Assembly (NCBI GenBank): GCA_950097015.1 | Contig: CATNEN010000038.1 | Coordinates: forward strand, 28,582,001 to 28,646,000 | Direction: 5' to 3' | Length of the DNA stretch: 64,000 nt | Origin: Macrostomum hystrix | Lineage: Eukaryota; Animalia; Platyhelminthes | Shown here: positions 38,698-49,524 of the stretch, piece after piece | How positions within the stretch are numbered: position 1 is the stretch's first letter | How the letters are laid out: each line of letters opens with the position of its first letter | The notes under the pieces: generated by a model | Databases searched by the model: none | What the model saw: only the letters and a program-made list of their open reading frames with translations | What the model was told of the DNA's origin: nothing | Program-made: the position numbers and the translations under genes

Positions 38698-39185
38698 TGA
38701 CGTCAGAGTGGAGTCTCGAACCACTCGACGACCTCAATCACAGGCATGTGGCTTTCAGGAGTTACGAGCGTAGATGTGACGTCAGTGGTGTTGAACCACT
38801 CGCCGATCGCAAGAATCTTGAATCTTGAAAATATCACTAACTGTTCAAAAGTTATGCCTCCTTAACTGCAGTGGGGTACTGCATCTAAATGGTGCTGAAA
38901 TTCTGACACAGCTGAGCACAATTCATGGGCCTGAAGCAAGTATCCAGGAGCACAGTGTACCGCTGGATTGAAGAGTTTGAGCTACGGATGTGGCTGATTT
39001 GCCAAGATCTGGACGACCTCCAGCACCTCCAGCATCTGCTTTCTTGCTAGCTGTTGAAAAGAGTTATGTGAAAAAGATCTAAGACTTTTTGGACACCCCA
39101 CGTAGATGTGACGTCAGAGTGGCATTTTGAACCACTCGACGACCGCAATCACAGGAATGTGGCCTTCAGGAGTCCGGACGTACGA
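38698..39185. other. Three copies of an about 79-bp element (TGACGTCA + hairpins), interrupted by a segment ending in a mariner-like TIR (39084-39104)
   Basis: TGACGTCA at 38698, 38777 and 39109; shared ccactcgacgacc..caatcacagg(c/a)atgtggc.ttcaggagt; actttttggacaccccacgta is the reverse complement of TACGTGGGGTGTCCAAAAAGT. Confidence 0.55.
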
Positions 39186-39605
39186 AAAAATCAAGTGTAC
39201 ACACGAACTTACACAAAAGAATCCAAGTTTTGGTTTTCGCAATTTTAGCCATGTTTTTGCTGCTCAACTGTCAGTAACGACCTGATTCTAAGCCTAAAAA
39301 ATTGTCTAAACATTTATGCATCTCTCATGCTTCATGAAATTGCCTAATTCAGCAAGAAATGGAATTTCTTTAACTGCATAGCAACAGCCGTAAAACAGGA
39401 ATGCATGGTCTGTCAATCAACCGAAAACCTTTTTGACGAACTGAGCGGGATGCGCGCGGTTGCAAGTTGTATTGGAAAGAACAAAAATGGCTGCCAAAAG
39501 CGGAAAAAACTGACCCATTTATTATTCAAAGAGCTTCATAATTAACAGACTTAGAATTCTCGCATTGTACCCAAACCAAACCCTCGCCACCGCGAAGGAA
39601 CGACA

Positions 39606-39680
39606 GGCTGCGGGTCTAGTGTCACCAAATGATGTGCCATTGCCCGCAGCCCTCCTGCAATTATTTATATTATTATTACT
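39606..39680 (+). mobile_element. 5'-truncated SINE family A 3' end
   Basis: ggctgcgggtctagtgtcaccaaatgatgtgccattgcccgcagccctcctgcaattatt. Confidence 0.8.
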
Positions 39681-39794
39681 ACTGGAACTGTAGCCACCCC
39701 ATCAATAATCCTATTGGTAGCTACCACCTACTTATCTGTCTTTCGCAGTGGAGCTAAGATTGTCGTTGAGAACTGGCCTAAAAATATATCCAGA

Positions 39795-40182
39795 AGGATA
39801 TGGGATCAGAACTGAGGATCTCGGATTGGAATTGAGGATCTGGGGTAGGAATTGAGGATCTGGGATTGAAATTGAGGATCTGGGGTAGGAATTGAGGATC
39901 TGGGATTGGAACTGAGATCTGGGATAGGAAATGAGGATCTGGTGTTGAAATTGAGGATCTGGGGTTGAAATTGAGGATCTGGGATTAAAATTGAGGATCT
40001 GGGGTTAAAATTAGGAATCTTGGGTAGGAATTGAGGATCTAAGATAGGAATTGAGGATCTGGGGTTGAGATTGAGGATCTGGAGTAGGAATTGAGGATGT
40101 GGGGTTGAAATTGAGGATCTGGGGTAGGAATTGAGGATCTGGGGTTGAAATTGAGAATCTGGGGTAGGAATTAGGGATCTGG
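39795..40182. repeat. 20-bp minisatellite (aattgaggatctggggtagg)
   Basis: About 19 units. Confidence 0.92.
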
Positions 40183-40789
40183 AATATTTGTTAGAAAAAG
40201 ATAAATTTTACCTGTGAGAAATTAGTAAGACAAGAAGCCAAAATTTACGTTCTTCGTATTTTTAGATTTTTTAATAGTTGATTTTCCTGTCAAGCATGGA
40301 AGCAAAGTGTATTTATAGGTTAATAAATAACCTCAATCTTGAGATCGTGCAAGACAAGACAGTGGATCATTTAATAAAACAAATGCTTTTTAACAAATAC
40401 ACATTGGATTTATTAAGCAGACAAAAATAAAGAATCAAAGTACAAAAAATCCCAAAAATTGAAATGAAAATGCATTGTCAGCAACAATTTCACCTATTAA
40501 TTGCACTATTAGCGAAAAAAACACTTGGCATACTACTATCTTCAGCCCTATCGAAAGGAAATAAAAATGCAATTGAATTGTATATTTAAAAAAGCATGTA
40601 ACTATTAGGCCTAAAATTACACAATTACTAAAAAGCGAACTACCCTGGCATCAAAAAGCAAAATAATTGTGAAAATCTTTATTGAACTAGCATAGGTTTT
40701 TATAGTCCTAAATTTAAGAAACAGCATGTTAATCCAGACTTAGATATCCCCAAATTTGGGCAATAAGTATCTTCTATATTTAGGAGAAG

Positions 40790-41495
40790 GGAGCCTTTAT
40801 TTAGGAAATGACAGTCTAGAATTGGAAATGGCAGCCTAGATTAGGGAAATGGCAGCCTAGATTAGGGAAATGGCAGCCTAGATTAGGGAAATGGCAGTCT
40901 AGATTAGGGAAATGGCAGCCTAGATTAGGGAAATGGCAGCCTAGATTAGGGAAATGGCAGCCTTTATTTAGGAAATGACAGTCTAGAATTTTAAATGGCA
41001 GCCTAGATTAGGGAAATGGCAGCCTAGATTAGGGAAATGGCAGTCTAGATTAGGGAAATGGCAGCCTAGATTAGGGAAATAGCAGCCTAGATTAGGGAAA
41101 TGGCAGCCTTTATTTAGGAAATGACAGTCTAGAATTGGAAATGGCAGCCAAGATTAGGGAAATGGCAGCCTAGATTAGGGAAATGGCAGCCTAGATTAGG
41201 GAAATGGCAGCCTAGATTAGGGAAATGGCAGCCTAGATTAGGGAAATGGCAGTCTAGATTAGGGAAATGGCAGCCTAGATTTAGGAAATGGCAGCCTAGA
41301 TTAGGGAAATGGCAGCCTAGATTAGGGAAATGGTAGCCTAGATTAGGGAAATGGTAGCCTAGATTAGGGAAATGGCAGCCTAGATTAGGGAAATGGCAGC
41401 CTAGATTAGGGAAATGGCAGCCTAGATTAGGGAAATGGCAGCCTAGATTAGGGAAATGGCAGTCTAGATTTAGGAAATGGCTGCCTAGATTTGGA
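40790..41495. repeat. 21-bp minisatellite (ctagattagggaaatggcagc) just downstream of the EXO1 stop
   Basis: About 33 units; spurious FPNLGCH ORF. Confidence 0.95.
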
Positions 41496-41543
41496 AAATA
41501 AAATCTAGGCATATAGAATATATACGGGACAGCCACGAAATAG

Positions 41544-44500
41544 TTAGTTTTCATCGGCGCAGTCGCAGTCGCCTTCGCCGTCGAGTCCAGCGTCGCCAAC
41601 GCGGGCCGGCCGACTGACGCGGAATCTGTCCAGCAGCGATGAAGTAGACTGCGATTTAAAAGCCGCACTTGTCGACGGTTGCAGACGAGATTTCTTACTG
41701 GAGGGAGGCTTCGCCGATTTAATTTCATCGTCAGAAGATTTTGAACCCAGCGATGACTGCTGCTGCTGCCGCTGCTGCTCTGAAACTGACATCAAAGAAC
41801 GTCGCGGGCCTGCAGGAGTTTTCGGTTGCGGCGATTTCGCCGGCTGGAAATACTGGCTGAGTACAGACTGTCGATTAGTTGAACTGCTGGCCGACGCTGA
41901 CGAAGACGGCTTGGATTGGCGCTTCGTACTAGCTCGGCTTGGAAGCAGCGGCTGACTGCGGGCTGCTGGCTCGCCGAATAGGCGAAACTCCGGCTGACGA
42001 AGAGGCTGCTGACTGCTGGATGCGCCGGCAGCTGATGCCGGGTTCTTGACGACTGACGAATAGAAAGATTAGGTTTATATGCCAAGTGGAGTGAGGTAAA
42101 TGCTAAGTGGAGTGAGGTGGATGCTAAGTGGAGTGAGGTGGATGCCAAGTTGAGTGAGGTGGATTCTAAGTAGAGTGGGGTGGATGCCAATTAGAGTGGG
42201 GTGGATTCTAAGTGGAGTGAGGTGGATGCCAAGTGAAGAGAGGTGGATGCTAAGTGGAGTGGGGTGGATGCCAAGTGGAGAGAGGTGGGTGCTAAGTGGA
42301 GTGAGGTGGATGCCAAGTGGAGTTAGGTGGATTCTAAGTGGAGTGAGGTGGATGCCAAGTGAAGAGAGTTGGATGCTAAGTGGAGTGAGGTGAATGCCAA
42401 GTGGAGTGAGGTGGATGCCAAGTGGAGTGAGGTTGATGCTAAGCGGAGAGGGGTGGATGCTAGGCGGAGTGAGGAGGGTGACCATCCATTATACTGAAGT
42501 GGATTGCCGCCCTCTCACCTTCGTTAGTGCCCGCCTCCGCCTCTTCCACAGTGTCACAGTCGGCCTGATGAACCGATGCGTCCGAGTTCTCCTTCTCGTC
42601 AACCGACTCGGCGCCTTCCATCAGCGTCGCCTTCTCGGCCGCCAGTAAGCTCTCTGAGGACAGGCCGGAGTATAGCTGACAAAGTCGGTCGGTGACTGAG
42701 CCGCCGTTCGATTCGCTGCGCCAAAGGGCATTGCCTCCGCCGCAGCTGCTGCATGATTGGGAAGGTATTCAATTGTTTAGGCCGATATAATTGCTTGCAT
42801 GAACATAAATCCGATTCGAAAACATAAATTCATAGCTACTCACCTTGTCAAAGCAGCTCCGGTAAAGTAGGGCGACGCAGAAATGTCAACACCGACGCCC
42901 AACGACGCCTCGCTGGCGACCTTTCGCTGCCGACGATTGCTTCCGCCGCTCCAAATAACTGAACAATTTTGATTACTCAGATTACTACTACTATTAGTAG
43001 TAGTTCTATGGCCTAGCTTTCCCTTGTCATCATCGCCATGGTTATTGCCAGCATCGGGATCAAAATTGGCCACAGATTGCATCGTGTGAAAATCGATATT
43101 GCCGTGAGCCAATTGCAGACCCAGTTCGTTGTCTAATAGTACACAGCCCGCGAAGTCTAAGCCTGCTTCGGCTGAGGACGGCGGCTGGTTCAGGCGGCAC
43201 TGACAACGCTTGATTGGATCGAAGACCACCTGGGAGAATCAGGGAATTCGTAGGGATCAAGTGGCGCTGAATAATCGGGGGATATGGAGGGAGTGGAGGA
43301 CAGCGGCCCTGAAGAATCGGAGGAGGGGGCGGAAGATAGCGGCCCTGAAGAATCGGAGGAGTGGGCGGAAGACAGCGGCCCTGAAGAATTGGAGGAGGGG
43401 CGGAAGACAGCGGCCCTGAAGAATTGGAGGAGGGGCGGAAGACAGCGGCCCTGAAGAATTGGAGGAGGGGCGGAACACAGCGGCCCTGAAGAAGCGGAGG
43501 AGGGGCTGGGGCGGAAGACAGCGGCCCTGAAGAATCGGAGGAGGGGGCGGAAGACAGCGGCACTGAAGAATCGGAGGAGGGGGCGGAAGACAGCGGCACT
43601 GAAGAATTGGAGGATGTGGAGGGGCGTAGGACAGCGGAAAATAAAGTGACTATGCAATGGCCAGGCCTACCTGATACTGGAAAGTTAGATCGGCTCTGAC
43701 CACAGCCTCAACCTGGTCCTTGGTGAGCCGCTGGATTTTCTTGGCGTAGAGGAAGAGTTTATTAGCGAGGCTGCGTAGATCCAGGCAGGTTCGTCGAACG
43801 ATGCCGGCCGCAGTTGCCAGGCCGACCCCTGGCACGCCGGGGAAATAGTCGCAGCCGGATAGAATGCACATCCAACGAAATTTCGGCCAAGTCATGCCGG
43901 CTGACATTGCTGAGTCGTTCTCATCGTCAGCGGCCGGGATGCAGAGCTGGCGAGCTACTTCACTGCGTTCGATCAGCATTCCATTGCCCTGGCTGTCCAG
44001 TTTGAATATCACCTGATTTTGGCGAATTGAGGCCGGATTTTTTTCGGAGCCTTGAGTTCGAGAGTTCAAATCTTCGCTTCTTCTTCAAGGACAAAAACAC
44101 AATTGTGTCATTGACGGGGTTGTAGCCTATAGTGGTTAGAGCGTCGGACTCACGACTTGAAGGTCGGGGGTTCGATTCCCGACTCCACTGGAACAGTTTT
44201 TCTCCTTTAGTAAGACACTTAACTCTGTATTGCTTCAGTTCACCCAGCTGTTAAATGGGTGCCAGCATTAGCTGGGGTGATTGAGGGTGGGTGTGGCGTC
44301 CCGTCAGTCCATGGACTGCACAGCCGTACGCAGCCTTCAGATGCATCGTGTACTGGGCTGTCGGCTGCACATCTAGCCCAATTGGGAAGACAGCGGCCGT
44401 GGGTTGGACGGTGATGGACTGGGTGGACGCCACACCCACCCTCAATCACCCCAGCTCGGAGTCAGGAATCAAACCTCCGACCTTCAAGCTGTGAGTCTGA

Positions 44501-45409
44501 CGCACTCAAAACTAGGCTACAGAGAAACAGCCGCACTAACCCGACGACAGCCGAACGCCAGCAAGTCGCTATCCTCGCTGATGACAGCGTCAACCAGCCC
44601 GGCGTTGCACAGATGAGTCAACTGGGCGTCCGCTTCGTACGGGGCGACGATGGTGTCGGCGCCTTCGCGCCTGGCGGCCCGCATCAGGGCCAGGGCCATG
44701 CCGGGCGTTACGTCGATGCAGCGTTCGAAGGCTTCGCGCGCCTCGGCCGAACGACCTTCGGCCAGTAGTTGAAGAGCTTTGCGCTTGTATGCCGCCCGAC
44801 TCCTGACGGTGTCAAGCGAGGAAGTGTGAGCGTGCTGGCTGGCAGGGGGTCGGTGGCAGAGCGGTCTATGAGCTCGATTCCGCGGCGAGGCCACATTCAT
44901 TTGGGGGCCTGGGGGCTTGTCGTTCAACTCCAAGGCACAGTGAGAGTGTACACTCCCTGACAATGAGAAAGTCAGGGCAGATGTACACACCTGTGTGAGT
45001 GTGCGCTCAGGAGTCAGCGGATCTTTGGGTCTAGTGTCACTAAATGATGCGCTATAGCCCTCAGCCCTTCTGCTCAAAAAGCAATTATTATCATATATAC
45101 TTATCCTAAAAGAACATTCTTCACTCACTCTCGCCTCTTCCTTTCAACGTCCGCTTTGGCAGGCAAATTTCTTCCATCAAAGACTAGTACAACGCGCAAA
45201 CGGTTAGACAGTAGCAGGCGCAGATACCGCATGCAGTACTGCACATACTGGTCAGTGTCCTGACCCACTCCGAGCTTCTCGGCGCAGGCGAACGCGCCTT
45301 TGTGCAGCCAGCAGTAGGTGTCAACAGCCACCGTTTGGCCAGAAAACTCGCGAACTGTTATTGAGCGGCTAGACGGTTTTAAATAGGGCAACAAGCCTGT
45401 TATGCCCAT
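41544..45409 (-). CDS. EXO1: Exonuclease 1 (XPG/Rad2 family); exons 45409-45129, 44802-44541, 44012-43671, 43229-42844, 42748-42519, 42052-41544
   Basis: MGITGLLPYLK, VAVDTYCWLHKGAFACA, VLVFDG, VAPYEADAQL, ISEDSDLLAFGC, CILSGCDYFPGVPGVGLATA (H3TH), TFQYQVVFDP; all exons join in frame at GT-AG sites. Confidence 0.93.
42079..42480. repeat. 21-bp minisatellite (aagtggagtgaggtggatgcc) filling last EXO1 intron
   Basis: About 19 units. Confidence 0.92.
43290..43640. repeat. 32-35 bp minisatellite (gggcggaagacagcggccctgaagaattggagga) filling an EXO1 intron
   Basis: About 10 units. Confidence 0.92.
44116..44335 (+). mobile_element. SINE family B: tRNA head + CORE(MIR)-like domain
   Basis: A box tagcctatagtgg, B box ggttcgattcc; aagacacttaactctgtattgcttcagttcacccagctgttaaatggg resembles the MIR core AAGTTACTTAACCTCTCTGTGCCTCAGTTTCCTCATCTGTAAAATGGG. 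Confidence 0.75.
44412..44521 (-). mobile_element. SINE family B, internally deleted, inverted relative to the 44116 copy
   Basis: Reverse complement tgtagcctag...cttgaaggtcggaggtttgattcctgactccgagctggggtgattgagggtgggtgtggcgtcc. Confidence 0.78.
44845..45092 (+). mobile_element. SINE family A with internal deletions, occupying most of EXO1 intron 1
   Basis: gggggtcggtggcagagcggtc...gctcgattccgcggcgaggccacatt...aattattat. Confidence 0.85.
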
Positions 45410-45474
45410 GCCTTAGCTGCTGCTGCTGCTGCGGATGCTGAAGGTAATCAAAACTGGAAGGGTGTAAGCAAGTA

Positions 45475-48208
45475 AGGATCTGGTAGGTAAACCTCAGAAT
45501 CTGGTCGTGTGATCATGAGGATTTGGTAGGTTGTTCCTGAGGATCTGGTAGGCTGATACTGAGGATCTGGTAGGATGATACTGAGGATCTGGTAGGTAAA
45601 CCTCAGAATCTGGTCGTGTGATCATGAGGATTTGGTAGGTTGTTCCTGAGGATCTGTTAGGATGATACTGAGGATCTGTTAGGATGATACTGAGGATCTG
45701 GTAGGATGATACTGAGGATCTGGTAGGATGATACTGAGGATCTGGTAGGATGATACTGAGGATCTGGTAGGATGATACTGAGGATCTGGTAGGATGATAC
45801 TGAGGATCTGGTAGGATGATACTGAGGATCTGGTAGGATGATACTGAGGATCTGGTAGGGTGATGCTGAGGATCTGTTAGGATGATACTGAGGATCTGGT
45901 AGGTAAACCTCAGAATCTGGTCGTGTGATCATGAGGATTTGGTAGGTTGTTCCTGAGGATCTGTTAGGATGATACTGAGGATCTGTTAGGATGATACTGA
46001 GGATCTGGTAGGATGATACTGAGGATCTGGTAGGATGATACTGAGGATCTGGTAGGATGATACTGAGGATCTGGTAGGATGATACTGAGGATCTGGTAGG
46101 ATGATACTGAGGATCTGGTAGGATGATACTGAGGATCTGGTAGGGTGATGCTGAGGATCTGTTAGGATGATACTGAGGATCTGGTAGGATGATACTGAGG
46201 ATCTGGTAGGATGATACTGAGGATCTGGTAGGATGATACTGAGGATCTGTTAGGCTGATACTGAGGATCTGGTAGGATGATACTGAGGATCTGGTAGGAT
46301 GATACTGAGGATCTGTTAGGCTGATACTGAGGATCTGGTAGGATGATACTGAGGATCTGGTAGGATGATACTGAGGATCTGGTAGGATGATACTGAGGAT
46401 CTGTTAGGATGATACTGAGGATCTGTTAGGCTGATACTGAGGATCTGGTAGGATGATACTGAGGATCTGGTAGGATGATACTGAGGATCTGGTAGGATGA
46501 TACTGAGGATCTGTTAGGATGATACTGAGGATCTGGTAGTGTGATCCTGGGGATCTAGTAGGTTGATCCTAAGGATCTGGTAGGTTGGTCCTGAGGATCT
46601 GGTAGGTTGATCCTGAGGATCTGGTAGGTTGATCCTGAAGATCAGCTAGGTTGATCCTAAGGATCTGGTAGGGTGATGCTGGGGATCTAGTAGGTAGATC
46701 CTGAGGATCTGGTAGGGTGATGCTGGGGATCTAGTAGGTTGATCCTGAAGATCAGCTAGGTTGATACTAAGGATCTGGTAGGGTGATGCTGGGGATCTAG
46801 TAGGTAGATCCTGAGGATTTAGTAGGTTGATACTAAGGATCTGGTAGGGTGATGCTGGGGATCTAGTAGGTTGATCCTGAAGATCAGCTAGGTTGATACT
46901 AAGGATCTGGTAGGGTGATGTTGGGGATCTAGTAGGTAGATCCTGAGGATTTAGTAGGTTGATACTAAGGATCTGGTAGGGTGATGTTGGGGATCTAGTA
47001 GGTAGATCCTGAGGATTTAGTAGGTTGATACTAAGGATCTGGTAGGGTGATGCTGGGGATCTAGTAGGTAGATCCTGAGGATTTAGTAGGTTGTACCTGA
47101 GGATCTGGTAGGGTGATGCTGGGGATCTAGTAGGTAGATCCTGAGGATTTAGTAGGTTGTACCTGAGGATCTGGTAGGGTGATGCTGGGGATCTAGTAGG
47201 TAGATCCTGAGGATTTAGTAGGTTGATACTAAGGATCTGGTAGGGTGATGCTGGGGATCTAGTAGGTAGATCCTGAGGATTTAGTAGGTTGTACCTGAGG
47301 ATCTGGTAGGGTGATGCTGGGGATCTAGTAGGTAGATCCTGAGGATTTAGTAGGTTGATACTAATGATCTGGTAGGGTGATGCTGGGGATCTAGTAGGTA
47401 GATCCTGAGGATTTAGTAGGTTGATACTAAGGATCTGGTAGGGTGATGCTGGGGATCTAGTAGGTAGATCCTGAGGATTTAGTAGGTTGATACTAAGGAT
47501 CTGGTAGGGTGATGTTGGGGATCTAGTAGGTAGATCCTGAGGATTTAGTAGGTTGATACTAAGGATCTGGTAGGGTGATGTTGGGGATCTAGTAGGTAGA
47601 TCCTGAGGATTTAGTAGGTTGATACTAATGATCTGGTAGGGTGATGTTGGGGATCTAGTAGGTAGATCCTGAGGATTTAGTAGGTTGATACTAAGGATCT
47701 GGTAGGGTGATGTTGGGGATCTAGTAGGTAGATCCTGAGGATTTAGTAGGTTGATACAAAGGATCTGGTAGGGTGATGCTGGGGATCTAGTAGGTAGATC
47801 CTGAGGATTTAGTAGGTTGTACCTGAGGATCTGGTAGGGTGATCAAGTAGTGTGGCTCGTGGTTCTGAGGATCTGGTAGGGTGATCAAGTAGTGTGGCTC
47901 GTGGTTCTGAGGATCTGGTAGGGTGATCAAGTAGTGTGGCTCGTGGTTCTGAGGATCTGGTAGGGTGATCAAGTAGTGTGGCTCGTGGTTCTGAGGATCT
48001 GGTAGGGTGATCAAGTAGTGTGGCTCGTGGTTCTGAGGATCTGGTAGGGTGATCAAGTAGTGTGGCTCGTGGTTCTGAGGATCTGGTAGGGTGATCAAGT
48101 AGTGTGGCTCGTGGTTCTGAGGATCTGGTAGGGTGATCAAGTAGTGTGGCTCGTGGTTCTGAGGATCTGGTAGGGTGATCAAGTAGTGTGGCTCGTGGTT
48201 CTGAGGAT
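45475..48208. repeat. Compound minisatellite: 22-bp unit, then 66-bp trimer, then 42-bp unit
   Basis: gaggatctggtaggatgatact (about 45540-46540); 3x22 variant (about 46700-47820); gaggatctggtagggtgatcaagtagtgtggctcgtggttct x9 (about 47825-48208). Confidence 0.95.
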
Positions 48209-48594
48209 GAGGTCCAACAGTAAACAAATGAAATAGCTTTGTAAAATAATTATTCTCAAACAAGGGGACACATTTTTACCAGCGGTGGGCTTTTAAAAAC
48301 TTTATTTACTGTCGAACTCTCGACTGATTTATCGTTATAACGTAGCAAAAATCAAAAAGAAATCAGCAAAAATGACCTCGCGAGTCACAAAGTTTAAGCG
48401 AGCACAAAATCACCAAAAAAACGATAATATGCAACATAGGCAACAAAAACCCAGTATTTTAATAAAAAACTTTATTATGATAGGTTAAATAGCTTTGCTA
48501 TCACAGTACAATGTAAGGGAATTCAATACAGGAATGGAAAACTAAATCGACAGAAAGAGAAAGATAATAATGAATTGAAGCTTTTATAATTTAC

Positions 48595-49075
48595 AGGTGC
48601 GGTGAGCCACTGCCTGGGGGCCGTTCTTGTGTGTGCCTGTCTGACGTGTTTCTTCTCACGTGACTGGCCTCTTTCTTTGTCTTTTAAAAGTGCAATAAAC
48701 ATGTTTACTGCACTTGGTGCTTCGATTATGAGTCAGGGCCTACGTAGGAGTGACGTTTTTCGCGTCACTGACGTCAGTTGCTATTTTTAGAAGCCACGTG
48801 ATGGCCATCAAATTCCCGGAACTAACTTGGCCTTCAATTCCCCACCCGAGCTACTCAGCCTCGAACTGCGCCTGGAAATCGGCACGGCGTGCGACTCTCG
48901 AGACTTTGTGGCTTCATCCTTTTCGGGCCAATGGACCTTCACCTCACTGAAGGCAGAAAACCTGACGCCCCGGTGGCAGCACTACCGCACTACGCTACGT
49001 TTGAATTCGAAGACTTCACAATAGAGTCTACCGGATCCCGCAGCGTTCAGCAGGACAACACAGGCAAAAGATTTT
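48595..49075. promoter_or_regulatory. GC/CpG-richer island with clustered motifs between the CHPF-like gene and EXO1 (putative promoter or LTR-like remnant)
   Basis: CACGTG x2, TGAGTCA, TGACGTCA and AATAAA within about 170 bp; AT-rich flanks; no convincing ORF. Confidence 0.3.
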
Positions 49076-49524
49076 ATTAAGAAGTTGCGTGTAGCACAAT
49101 TGAAAAAGCATCAATGGTTACCAATAAATAACTAAATGTATTTTTCACGTTTACTGTTTGGACTAGAAACTGATAGCAAGAAAAACGTTTTCAAAAAGGA
49201 GTTTTGAACGCGTTCTGCTTTAAACAGAATTTATCGACATTTTATTTCATTTTTGGGATATTTAGGTATTTTTTTCACCTGTTTTAAATATAACCGACTG
49301 ATTAAAATCACAAATCCTTTAGATCCCATTTATTGAATAGAGTTTTAAATCTTTCACATATTCGAATCAATCAAACTCACAGACACTAAAGTGAAGAAAA
49401 TGGCAAATTCGCTGCAGTAAACCCATGCAAATAAAATGGCAAAGAATAAACTGTCAAACAACCGTTTTAATAAAAAACATATAATATAACACATTTAAAT
49501 TCGCGCGCAAAAAAGACGTTAAAA

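Noticed and set aside
44116-44190. tRNA gene
   Set aside because: Runs into a SINE body shared with other copies; treated as a SINE head, as are the family A heads.
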